From: Felis catus
Taxonomy: Eukaryota
Direction of reading: 5' to 3'
DNA: 64,000 nucleotides
Assembly (NCBI RefSeq): GCF_018350175.1
Contig: NC_058368.1
Span: 8,680,001 to 8,744,000 of the forward strand
Below the pieces are notes generated by a model that was given only the letters and a program-made list of their open reading frames with translations, was not told the origin of the DNA and did not search any database. Position 1 is the stretch's first letter; every line of letters starts with the position of its first letter. Positions 24,863-36,594 of this stretch are shown piece by piece. Made by a program: the position numbers and the translations under genes.

Positions 24863-25847
24863 AAAGCCAGAAATTCAGCTTTGGGGTGAAATCCCTCAAT
24901 TTTGAATATTGCTAATTAATTCCATGATCTCCAAAAGCAATGTGTGGGCCAAAGAGAATGTGTCTGTTGGGCTGATCTGACTTGCAGGTGTTTGCTTGGA
25001 ACCTTAGTATTGCATGATCATAGACTCCAAGAATGTTGGAGCTGGAAGGAACCTGAGGGCTCTTTAAAAATAAGCAGCTGATAAGGAAAATAATTGAGAC
25101 CAGAACTTAGCGTAGTGTCCCATTTCAGGACACTACAGGTGCCTAATTTGTTTAGTGGAAAGTAGTTTTGACCTGTACCATTAATGCAAAACCCTGCTAT
25201 GACCAGAGAGTCAAAGCAGAAAAAGTTCAAGGGCCGGTGGTTGACGGCTGCAAGTGAATTGCTTTCTACCTGAATTAACTGAACAGTTCTGTTAATGTTT
25301 TGCTCAATTTTACCTCAATAGATAACAACTCTGGGAGGCAAAAGGGAGTGAGTACTGTCTGGGTTTCCCACACATTACCAGGACTAGAATTAATCAGAAT
25401 AATTACTGCCTGCTTTCTTTCAACTAGCTAGAATTTTTTTTTTTTTTAAATAACATGCGGCATTAACTATTCCAAGAGAAATGTCCACACTACATGTTGT
25501 GGGAGTACAGCATTCCTCACAAGAGATAAAGTATTTGAATTTAGAATTCCTTTTTGTTCTTATTCCTAGTAACATTGTTGTTCAACTGAGTCTGGAGGGA
25601 TTTGACAGTGAATGTCCCTAATGGTTCAGAGGCTCCTTTCCAGAGGGACATGAAGGCATTGGGCCGGGCAGACTCTGAGATTGTTTCGCAGCAGAGCTAA
25701 CAAATATCCCGTGAAATATGTGCTCGGTTATGTTGGTTGGCAAGGTTTAACCTTTCTTTCTAACTCTGTTCTTTCCAATCCGGATACGGCTCAACAATTG
25801 CCTGGGGCGAGCAGTTCGGTTTCAACACTTTTTTAAAAAAAGGTTTT

Positions 25848-26077
25848 GGGGGCGCCTGGGTGGCGCAGTCGGTTAAGCGTCCGATTTCAGCCAGGTCACG
25901 ATCTCGCGGTCCGTGAGTTCGAGCCCCACGTCAGGCTCTGGGCTGATGGCTCAGAGCCTGGAGCCTGTTTCTGATTCTGTGTCTCCCTCTCTCTCTGCCC
26001 CTCCCCTGTTCATGCTCTGTCTCTCTCTGTCCCAAAAATAAATAAACGTTGAAAAAAAAATTAAAAAAAAAAAAAAA
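25848..26077 (+). mobile_element. Very young SINEC_Fc SINE with TSD
   Basis: ggggcgcctgggtggcgcagtcgg..., long A tail, TSD aaaaaaaggttttgg. Confidence 0.96.
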
Positions 26078-26974
26078 GGTTTTGGTGATTTGGAAGCATC
26101 CTGAGCCTGGCGCGGTGGGAAGCAGGTGAATAAGCAGTGGACTTTGCCCAGGCAGGGTCCTGAGAGGGTACAGACATGAGGCCACCAGCGGAGATGGTGA
26201 CACATGACCCCACTGTCGTCTTAGGACCCAGCCAGTAAATGCGCCCTACGTGTATTTTCCCAGAAGTACAACAGGTAATATTGCAGTCAACATTGATGTC
26301 ATTATAGATATTTTTGTAAAAATTTGATCGTCTGGAGCACAAAGCTAAACAATTTTATGACTGCTAATGGTTAACAGCAACTGTCTGCTGGAGATGCCGT
26401 GACAAGCTATAATTCAAAGCATGATGCCTGATGCCGGGAGAAATGGGACTTTGTATTTTCACTTGCCCACAGACATTTTGTATTTGTGGTGATCTCATCT
26501 CAGCTCTTTCATTCTAAGAAGTTGCCATTTCCAGGGAAACATTTCCACCATCATTTGGAAAGGGAGAGGTAAATCTGCCATATCGCCTGGAGGTTGACGG
26601 GAAGGGAAGGAAAGCAAGTCCTTTGAATGCTTTGGAAGGGAAAAAAAAATGAGCCATTTTATCATCCCCATTTCAGAAGGTTATTCTCATCTGAAAAAGA
26701 CACTTGAAAGGTTGAAATGGAACATTGCCACCGCTGTACCGCGCATGGTGAAAAGAAGTAATAGGCAATTATTTTTGTGAGGTGCTGCTTGAAAGAAAAG
26801 CTACTTAGGACCGGACCTACATTCATTGGTAAAATACAGAATCGAGCAGTTATCCATTGAATTTCAAACAGTGTCAAGAGCCGGTCATGAGTCTGGCCCT
26901 GAAGTATGTAGATTGACTTTTCTGCAGTGAAAATAGCTCTCAGTCCCTGTTCCTTTATAATGATAATACGGTTT

Positions 26975-27195
26975 GGGGCCAGCTGGGTGGCTCAGTAGGT
27001 TAAGCCTCTGACTTGGCTCAGGCTCAGGTCAGGATCTCACAGCCCCCACCCCCCCACCCCCATCGGGCTCTGTGCTGACAGCTCAGAGCCTGGAGCCTGC
27101 TTCGGATTCTGTGTCTCCCTCTCTCTCTGCCCCTCCCCTGCTCGCGCTCTGTCTCTCAAAAATAAATAAATGTTAAAAAATTTTTGTCTAAATAA
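26975..27195 (+). mobile_element. SINEC_Fc-type SINE
   Basis: SINE body with a C-rich internal replacement; TSD-like aatgataata. Confidence 0.92.
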
Positions 27196-27671
27196 TAATG
27201 ATAATATGATTTCATGTTCAAAGAAAAAGTCAAAACAATATAGAAAATTATATGAAAGAATTGATTTTAATTTTTCACTTCAGAAGTGTCTATTTGAATA
27301 CCATTACTGTGTGCAGATTGGGTGTTGGGGATTCGGTGATATAAGACAGGCATCTCTGACCACTGCCTGAGCATTTCACTGCCTGGTTCTTCTGGAACCA
27401 GAATCAATTGCTCTCTATTGATATATGCACATAGATTGATGGAGAATTAATTTTGTAAAAGATTGTCTCCCCAAAGTGAGCAGTTTTACAGCATGACATG
27501 ATCTGATAGGAGATCCTTTATTGATGAATATAACCACGTATCACACTCTATAATGACAACATAGTGTTCACTTGTGTGATCTCACCGTTGTTCAGGTAGA
27601 GCAATCTCCAATTTAAAAACATTTAGATTGTTTCTAGAGTTATGATTTTTACTTTACTCCTTTTGCTATTT

Positions 27672-27886
27672 AAAAAAATTTTTTAATTAACATTTATTCA
27701 TTTTTGAGAGTGAGAGAGAGTACAAACAGGGGAGGGGCAGAGAGAGAGGGAGACACAGAATCCGAAGCAGGCTCCAGGCTCTGAGCTGTCAGCACTGAGC
27801 CCAACACGGGGCTTGAACTCACAGACCACGAGATCATGACCTGAGCTGAAGTCTGACACTTAACTGACTGAGCCACCCAGGTGCCC
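27672..27886 (-). mobile_element. SINEC_Fc-type SINE with TSD
   Basis: TSD tccttttgctattt on both sides. Confidence 0.94.
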
Positions 27887-27919
27887 TGTCCTTTTGCTAT
27901 TTTTTAAACCAATAGGCTT

Positions 27920-28370
27920 CTCCTCAGATGGTTGACTGGATCCACAAGTTGCCTGCCGACTCCTTTCAGCCAGTGGTCATCCAGCTGCCCCTATGGTGTT
28001 CTCTCCAGATCATGCTTTCTCATTTGTGGCAACATGGACGGGCCGAGAATCTTCCAAATCTTCAAGTTCTAGGCTCCTTTTTGCTTGGCACTTCTTTCTT
28101 CATTATATCTCTCTCCCCTTGTATTTTGCTATAAGCAGCAAAGAGAAACCAGCCCTCACCTTCCACACTTTGCTTAGAAGTCATCTCAGCCAAATATCCA
28201 GATTCATCACTCACAAGTTCTCCCACCACCCCACTGCAGAGCCCGATTAAGCCAGGTTCTCTGCCACTTTATAACGAGGATTGCTTTTCCTCCAATTTCC
28301 AGTAACATGTTCCTCATTCCCATCTGAGACCTACCAGGTACATCTTTAATATTCATACTTCTAACAGGTG
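27920..28370 (-). mobile_element. MaLR (MLT1-type) internal-region fragment
   Basis: Minus strand reads ggaaattggaggaaaagcaatcctcgttataaagtggcagagaacctggct, typical of MaLR-int. Confidence 0.75.
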
Positions 28371-28890
28371 GTTCGTCTCTGGTGAAACCTTTCTCTTGAG
28401 GGCAGGCCTTGTTAACAAGAATGGAATGCTCTGGACTTAATTCGAAATTGCCCACTTTCCCCCTCCCTCTGCCAGAGGGGCAGTGGAATTTTCCTCTGAT
28501 CTTCGGTGTGAAAATTTGCTAGGGCTCCTGGATGTAAAACTCAAGAAAGTGTAGGAGGCCCCCTAAGAAAGAGTATCCTTGGAGTTTTTAACTCTCAAAC
28601 GTGTCCCCACTAAGCTTCCAGTAACTTCTCAATTACGTTATAGGTTTTCACGCTGGTTTCGACCAAGATTTCTGGTGTGTAGGCTTCTGCTCCAGGATTC
28701 TCTGTGATACTGTGATTCTCTGTATCTGCCTGTCATCTCCAATTTGGGGGGATGTTGCTTGCCCTGTGACCTCAGTTTTCGGATGGATCTAAGAAGAGTC
28801 GTTGATCTTAAGTTTGTTCAACTTTTTCTTGCTTTGTGGGTGGGAATGAGGACTTCCAAGTTCCTTATGTTCTGGACTAGACTAAAGTCT
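28370..28890 (-). mobile_element. Old L1M (L1MC/MD-type) 5' end
   Basis: ttgccctgtgacctcagtttt..gatggatctaagaagagtcgttgat..tttgttca..cttccaagttccttat resembles old L1 5'-end consensus. Confidence 0.7.
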
Positions 28891-29285
28891 GTTTAATGCA
28901 TGTCTGTCAATTTTGTGTAGGGATGGGGGGAGGAGGTGGTTTGTTAGGGATTTTTACACTATTAACAACACTACAACTCTGCATATATGACCAGTTGCCT
29001 TCTACAGATTGATTCTTTTAAGTGGATCAAAGATTGGACAAAATGCTAATTGATATGATAAGCCAAATTGCCTTACGGTAAAGTCACTGTACTCCCATGA
29101 GTTCTCCTGTCTCCATGTACCACCCGTCCCCCCCCCCCCCCCCCCGCCCGCCCAATACTCAGTATTGTCAGTCTTTTGTATCTTGGCACGTCGGATAAGC
29201 CGAAAGTGATTACGCGTGATTTTGCCTGCATTTTTTGATTAACCATGAGCCTTATCTTTTCATATTTATTGGCCCCTTGTATTTC

Positions 29286-29507
29286 TAATTTTTTAATTAA
29301 TTTTTGTAACATTTATTTATTTTTGAGTGAGAGGGAGAGAGAGCACGAGTGAGGGAGCAAAGAGAGGGAGACACAGAATCCAGGAAGCAGGCTCTAGGCT
29401 CTGAGCTGTCAGCACAAAGCCTGATGTGGGGCCTGAACCCACGAACCATGAGATCATGACCCAAGCTGAAGTCCGATGCCCAACTGACTGAGCGACCCAG
29501 GTGCCCC
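29286..29507 (-). mobile_element. SINEC_Fc-type SINE with TSD
   Basis: TSD ccccttgtatttc. Confidence 0.94.
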
Positions 29508-31232
29508 TCACCCCTTGTATTTCCTCTTTTATAAATCACCTTTGTATTTTCACCTGTTTCTCTATTTGGATGTTCATCTTTTTTCCTATTAATTTATAGA
29601 AAATATATTTTAGGGTTATTAAAACTGTGGATCTTGATACTTTGTAAAAGTTTTTCCTGCATGGATATTGTTTATATTTTTAATTTCATTCACAGTAGGA
29701 TTTTTAAGTTTGTTAATTTTTTGTAGTAAAAAGTATACACCTTTATGGTTAATTCTGTTTTTGTGGTTGTTGTTTTTTTAAATATTGCTAACAAAGATTT
29801 TCCCCATTCCTGGCATATTCGGTTATGTATTTTGATTTGGATCTTGGTTTTTGTTTAGCCATATTTTCTTCTAGTCTTTAAAATAGAAATCTTTGGTTCA
29901 GCTGGGATTATTTTTGTGGAAAGCCTGAGAATGGGGTCGAGTGAGCTTGATCTGGAGCCAAACAACTAACCAATTGCGCACCTACGGACTAGGCCCTTAT
30001 TTTATTGATGTGTAATGCCACTGTTATCACCTGCTGGGGTCTCCTTCTGGAGTCTCTGTTTCATGGATTTGCCTGTTTCACACCGAATAATACTGTAGCA
30101 CTTATCTCTGGTGGTGGTGCCCCCTTTACGCTTTGTCTTCTATTCCTCACGCCCCCGGCTATTCTCACAAATGTATTCTTCAAGATGGGCTTTCAAAATC
30201 ATTTTTCAAGGTCAGTTCTCCCGAAAAAATAGGAGTTAGTACTTCTTTTTATTATTAGTCTCACGCATTTTCAGTTAAATTTGTATATAATTTTTAAAAT
30301 TTATCTGTCAGCAATTTGAAGGAGATCTTTTTACGTTCCTTCTTAAACTAAGAGAGTCATTGCTGCTTGAATTTTTACCTGGCCATCTCATGGAATGCTC
30401 ATGGATTATAATATTTTCAGTCCACTAGTTTGGGGTCTGCTAGGTATGTTGGTGTATCTTCTGCAAAGAACAATTAATTTTTATTTCTGATATTCAGAAC
30501 TTTGCCTTTATTCTCGTTTTAGCTTCAGTTTTTAAATAGTATTAAATAATGATGTTAATGAATACTTTTATGTCATTTTGGGCTTTGTTGGGAATGCCTT
30601 TAGTATTCTTAATGGTTCAAATTAATGGTGTGAAATGCATGCTTTTACCATTTTGAGGAATTATCTCAATTCCATTTTTCTTCAGTCTTTCTTTTTAAAT
30701 CAGGAATAAATGTTGAATTTTGTCAAGTGTTATAATAATAACACTAATAATAATTGACCCCTGTGGTTTTTCTCCTTGATTTGGTGATATCGTTAATTTT
30801 TTAGATTTTCTAATATTGAGTTATTTTTCTTTATATTCTGGAACTAATTAATTGGCATACTGATTCTTTCTAATTCACTCATGAAACTGTCTTGGCCTGG
30901 AACTTATTATGAATCGGTGATTTCCAGCTTCTTCGATGATTCCTTTGCTTTTTGGCCTATTTAGGTGTCCCAGTTAATTTCGATAACATATTTTCCTACG
31001 AAATGAGCCACGTCACTCAACTTTCCTAGCCTGTTAGCATACAGTTCTTTAGGCTTTATCTGTATGTCTTCCCTTCTCATAGCCAATATTATATATTTGC
31101 ATTTTGTCATGCTAACTAGAGTTTTGTAGGGTATGTTGAAATTTTCTCTTAAAAAAACCCTCTAATTTATTAATCTGTACATTTTTTTCTTTTTCCTAGT
31201 TTATTATTTTTTTAAAAAAAATCTTTCAATCA

Positions 31233-31457
31233 GGGGCCCCTGGGTGGCTCAGTCAGTTGAGCATCCAACTTCGGCTCAGGTCATGATCTCGCGGTTTGTG
31301 AGCTCGAGCCCTGTGTTGGGCTCTGTGCTGACAGCTTGGAGCCTAGAGCCTGCTTCAGATTCTGTGTCTCTCCATCTCTCACCCCCTCCCCTGCTCATGT
31401 TCTGTGTCTCTCTGTCTCTCAATAATAAATAAACGTTCAAAAAAAATTTTTTTTAAT
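31233..31457 (+). mobile_element. SINEC_Fc-type SINE with TSD
   Basis: TSD aaaatctttcaatcag. Confidence 0.94.
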
Positions 31458-33217
31458 AAAAATCTTTCAATCAGCCTTTTGGCTTTCCATGGGCATGTTT
31501 TCTTGCATTTTTATAGTGTTCTATGTTGATTGTGTATTTATTTTATTCTCTCTCAGCACAGATGTATTTGACCCTGCATGTATCTTTGAGTGTAGATTTT
31601 GTTAAACACTGAGGGTGAGTTTGGGGCTATTTAATCATATCATTGTCTAAAACTGCCAAGACACAGAATCGTGACCTCAGCCAATCATCTTTTCCCACAA
31701 GGTTCCTAAGGAGTCAAGCCTCAGTATAAAAAACCTGGGAAACTCCTATGTTTAGAGCACTAATTTTCCTAGCCAGAAGAGGCATACGTAGCTGCTGATA
31801 AATGGCAATAGTGAGGCCTATTCTGTGTTACTCCTTTCAAAATACAAACCCAAATCCCATACAATATTAGAAAAGTCTCGTACCTGATCACCGGCACCGT
31901 GAGAAATGGAAACAGAGAACAGTGTTGTTAAGCAAGAAAATTGCCAATTCTTATTCTGTGTTGGGAAGGGTGGAAAAAGGGTAGGAAGATGAACACAGAA
32001 CATCAAAACCGAAACCAAAACCAACGCATTCCTAGAGGCCAGCTGTCTTCATTTGTAGTCGTTTAATTTTGTTATTTTCTGCAGTTGTGGTTTTGATGAT
32101 TACTTGATCCAAGGGTTGTTTAGAAAACCATTTAAAAACTTGCCAGTGAATCCGGTTTGCTTCTATTTTAGGTATCTATGTCCGGTTATACAGCACTGTG
32201 AACACTGGAGGTGATTTAAAAGGTTTTTATCATTTTGTAATTTATTGACTGTGAGCTCATGTTCCGTGGAGTGCCTTTCCAGAACAGTCCTGTGTGCTCC
32301 CATAGAAATTGCCCGTGATTTTTTTTGTCACTAAAAGGGCCCCAGGGGCTTTCACTAGGTCTGGATCCATTTTTATGATCATTTCTCGGTCAGGTTTTCC
32401 TGTTCTTCAATACCCATCCGATCCCAGGCCAAGGGGGCTCCTGTTTCTTTGAGCAACCCTGCTACTCAGGCCCCACGCACATGGCAGGCTTCTTTGCTGT
32501 TTCTCCAAACCGAGGGTAGAATTCTCTGGTCCTTGCATGTCCTGTTGTAGCCAAGGAGCACAGTCCAGGTCCCTGTGTTCTGTGGTCTGGACTCCGCCCC
32601 CGCAGAGCTGCCGGGACCCCAGACATTAACGGCATGCCCGGTGGTGGGTGAGTTGTTTGGCTTCGGCTCCTACTCGCTTCTGGGATACTGACTCCTTCTT
32701 GACTTTTTACAGCTGGAAATTTCCCTTTCTTGGTTTCAACTCACATATGTGATTTAAGAATTATTTTGCTCCGTTTTGTCCAGATGTTTCACGTGCAAGA
32801 AGCAGAGGGGCAGAGGCTGAAGAGCATCCCTACATGCCGGGCCTGTGCGCACCATTGTCGGGGAGCCTAGACTGATGATTACACTCATTTCATGGTCAAT
32901 GGCTCAGTTTGGGGCCTCAGTTTTTATACAGCTGTATGACCTATACATGGCATAGCTCCTTCTTCCATTAATTCACTTCAGCTAAATCAAACGAATACTT
33001 AGTGAGAACCTATTACAGGGCAGTTCCTGCATTGGATGCTATACAAGAAACAGTTCAATCGGTGATTCATGATCCAGTGGATGGGGACAGACAGAACGCA
33101 GAATAGCGAGAGTACGCATTTCCTTCTGTGCTACTTGGGGTAACTCAGGGGCCAGGCCACTTGTTGGATTATTGGGGTTGAACTCACCGGAGGAGAGAGA
33201 TGTAGGTCCAGTCGAAG

Positions 33218-33375
33218 AGGCTGTCAAATTTTGGGAAGCTCCCAGACTCCTTTGAAAATCTGAAAGACAAACAAAATACCTATGGACCTTATTCTCAGAC
33301 AAATATTCATTTTGCGTGTGCCTTCTGGATTTCCAAAGCCCCTGTGTGGACCTCCTAGGGTCGGGAAGGTCTTGA
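33218..33375 (+). mobile_element. MER117-like hAT MITE
   Basis: gactcctttgaaaatctga...ctatggacc...ttttgc...aagccc..tggacc resembles MER117 as recalled. Confidence 0.5.
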
Positions 33376-34434
33376 AGTCAAGGAAGAGTAAACCTGTCAG
33401 GTTTGGATGGCAAGTCCTTCTGGGAAGAGAAGCAATTTTGTGTCAGCGGCACACCTAGGGGAACAGACACCTAGGTGCCGTGAGGATTGTAGGCAACCTG
33501 ACCAGTGTTTCATCGGGATATGTGTTGTTATTCCTAACACTGTCTAAATCCAGTCACAAGCATTACTGACAAACTGCAGAGGTGTTTGTAAACTCAGTCC
33601 CCCCGCGGGCAGAGTGTGCTGACAACTTTGGCCTAATTAGCATTCTTGTCAACGGTAAGGATTCTAGCCTATAAAATCCCAGCTACCTGCTGCGAGGCCG
33701 CGGAAGCCATCTGCAAACTTCATGCTGTTGTAATGATGATGGAAGAAATCTTAGCATGATATCCAGCATCGGATCTTTGTTTTCGGTGTCTGAGAATGCC
33801 TGCTCCCACTTTTGCTTTTTTTAATTGCCTTTGCATGGCATGAATCACAATTGTAATGCTGAGAAGTAAGCCTTCGTCAGTGGAAGGTAAAAATAAATAA
33901 AAGATTAGTTTTTTCTTTAATTGGATTCTCAATGTACTGTAAAAATTTCAGTGTCTTGTTATCTGTAGGTGATTTGGCGCTGAGTGATCTTGTATGATTA
34001 AAATTCCCAACTGGTGAGGCTCTGACTGTGGGAGGAACATTCTCAGCAAACAAATGCAATTTTTACCTTTCTGAGGATTTTATTTTATGAAGAGTATTTT
34101 CCATGAGCTGCATTTGTTTTTATCTCTAATCTGTCCTTTTCCCTTTGATTTGCTTTTTTTTTTTTAAATTAAGAGTCAGTAGGGATGACAGTTTTATGAG
34201 AACTTTTATATGAAAAATCGAAACTTACAGAAAAGAAAAATTGTAATTCTTTTAAATGACAAGGGATGCCTCATAACTCCGTCTTCTCTTCTTACCAGCT
34301 TTTGAAAAGACACTGCATTTTTTAAAATTATAATTATTGGCAAAAGAGAGAAGAAAAAGTTAAAATAGTTTTAAAATTAACATAAATGCAGTTGCCCTAA
34401 TCTGAAATTATGAAAAGGAGAAGAACTTTCACCA

Positions 34435-34565
34435 AGTTGAAAGAGCCCCAGACCCGGGTTAGAATATCTGGAGGCTGTTCCCAGCTCTGGGCTTTGCCAC
34501 CTTCTCTGTGACCTTAAGCAAACCCCTTCCCACTGTCAGTTTCTCTTTTCTTGCCTATATAATTG
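34435..34565 (+). mobile_element. MIR
   Basis: cccagctctg..tgccacc..ctgtgaccttaagcaa..tcagtttct. Confidence 0.6.
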
Positions 34566-34686
34566 ACATATTTCTATAGCAACTTTAAACAAAAATGAGA
34601 TACATTCAACACCTTAATCTTCTCTTTTGTCAACAAATGGCTCATTTGTAAAGATCTATTAATTTGTCCTTTACTTGGGTATGGCT

Positions 34687-34785
34687 CCTTCCTTCCTTCC
34701 TTCCTTCCTTCCTTCCTTCCTTCCTTCCTCCCTCCCTCCCTCCCTCCCTCCCTCCCTCCCTCTCTTTCTTTCTTTCTTTCTTTCT

Positions 34786-34823
<38 letters not shown>
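34687..34823. repeat. Compound (CCTT)n(CCCT)n(CTTT)n microsatellite at the L1 tail position
   Basis: Directly visible; abuts the L1 3' end. Confidence 0.95.
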
Positions 34824-34824
<1 letters not shown>

Positions 34825-35385
34825 AATATGAAATTTATTGTCAAATTGGCTTCCATACCACACCCAGTGTGCCCTCCTCATCCCAACAGGTGCCCTCCTC
34901 AATGCCCATCACCCATTTTCCCCTCCCTCCCACCCCCCCCCCCACTCAACCCTCAGTTTATTCTCCGTTTTTAAGAGTCTCTTATGGTTTGCTTCCTTCC
35001 CTCTCTGTAACTTTTCCCCCCCCTTCTCCTCCCCCCTGGTCTTCTGTTGAGTTTCTCAGGATCCCCATTAGAGTGAAAACATATGATATCTGTCTTTCTC
35101 TTATGACTTATTTCACTTAGCATAACATGCTCCTGTTCCACCCACGTTGCTACAAAAGGCCGTATTTCATTCTTTCTCATTGCCAAGTAGTATTCCATTG
35201 TGTATATAAACCACGATTTCTTTATCCATTCATCAGTTGATGGACATTTAGGCTCTTTCCATAATTTGGCTATTGTTGAAAGTGCTGCTATAAACATTGG
35301 GGTACACGTGCCCCTATGCGTCAGCACTCCTGTATCCTTTGGGTAAATTCCTAGCAGTGCTATTGCTGGGTCATAGGGTAGATCT
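34824..35385 (-). mobile_element. Young felid L1 3' fragment (5'-truncated)
   Basis: ORF2 C-terminus ..HRGTCTPMFIAALSTIAKLWKEPKCPSTDEWIKK..MEYYLAMRKNEI, followed by a 3'UTR ending ttgacaataaatttcatatt. Confidence 0.94.
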
Positions 35386-36011
35386 GTTCACTTTGCAGGG
35401 ACAGGGATTTACATGCCCAGTGCCTAACAAGCGCCCACCCTCTGGTCCTTCTGGGGTCACATCCCCTTGGATGAATAGGTAGAGTTGACATTTCGGTCTC
35501 TCTTCAAACCCCTACCTGCTCAGTACATATTTCTAAAACAGCACATCTTGCCTCTGATTGCATTTGTTTTAGGGCTCTTCTGTCCTGCAAGTTATCAAGC
35601 CTCTGTAGAACAAGGACTCTTTCTTACTCATCTTCATATCCTTAGCAGCTAGAATGGTACCTAGTATATAATAGATGTTTACTTTTTAAGTGAAGGAAAA
35701 ACTGTGGGTGTTGGGCTGGCATGGTAGCCTTATGCTCTGGAGCTGCATCCTGGAGCTGCATTAATCCCAGAAACCAGCCCAGTTCTGGGTTGGAAGGGGG
35801 TGTTGGTCTGCGAGGCGTTCTGTGGTTCACATCCGTTCACATCGGTGCCCCATTCGATGTGGTGGTCATCTTAGATAACGTATCTTAGATATCTAAGATA
35901 ACATATCATCTTAGATATATGTCATTTGATAATAGTTTCATTTTTGAAAGTAGTTTTTGATAAAACAATTCTAACTTTCATAAATATAAAAAAGTTATAT
36001 TTGCCTAATTT

Positions 36012-36400
36012 TAAGAGCTTTATTAGGGTGTATTTTACATATCATAAAATTCACCCATTTCAAATGTACAATTCAGTAATTTTTTTTTTTAGTATATTTA
36101 CGGCGTGGTTCAGTCATCACCATATCCACTTTTGGCATATTTTCATCACCCTTGTAAGATTGCCCATGCCCAATTATACCCCCAGCCAGGTATCTACATT
36201 TTTGTCTCCGTAAATTTTCCACTTCTGAAAATTTCATATAAGTGAACCCATGCCATATATCATCTCTTCTGTCTGGCTTATTTCACCGAGGATAATGCTT
36301 TTGAGGTCTGTCTGTGTCATAGTATGTGTTGGTACTTCATTCCTTTTTTTGCTGAGTAGTATTCAGATTTACGGATATATTACATTTAATCTATCCAGTT
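36012..36400 (-). mobile_element. L1MB/MC-type 3' end
   Basis: agctttattagggtgtattttacatatcataaaattcacccatttcaaatgtacaattca. Confidence 0.8.
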
Positions 36401-36594
36401 AATAGGGCTGTGTTATAACTTAAAACTGATTCTTTGGTAAAAAATATTTCAAGAGCACCGTATAATTATTTTAGTGTCCTTCTCTCTCTCTGAATTATCT
36501 GTTTGGTTGATATCGTTATCCTGGTTATCGTCCAACCTGTCCCTGCATGGTTGCCAGTGTAGAAACCCGTTAGGAAGCCATGCTGGTTCTCTTT

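Larger units (their letters stand above)
22640..25007 (-). mobile_element. Charlie8/MER102-family hAT DNA transposon with decayed transposase, interrupted by three SINEs
   Basis: Minus-strand translation gives GKRKI.., CLIC..SMSAPKEHNISCHFEINH, ..GNLQDKLHEK..FSSAADES, FKSVH*LIHQERLCTRKLKTEH, INWKHFYGLNHS, LGILGDVVIHLNTL and HFPIWKSVPRNENEGLN..DFTIYENKL, collinear with the Charlie8-derived GTF2IRD2 domain as recalled. A MER102-like terminus lies at ~24945-25007. Confidence 0.85.
28900..31600 (-). mobile_element. Degraded L1ME ORF2 fragments hosting two SINEs
   Basis: T-rich antisense L1 motifs (aatcaggaataaatgttgaattttgtcaa; gtcttggcctgg). Confidence 0.65.
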
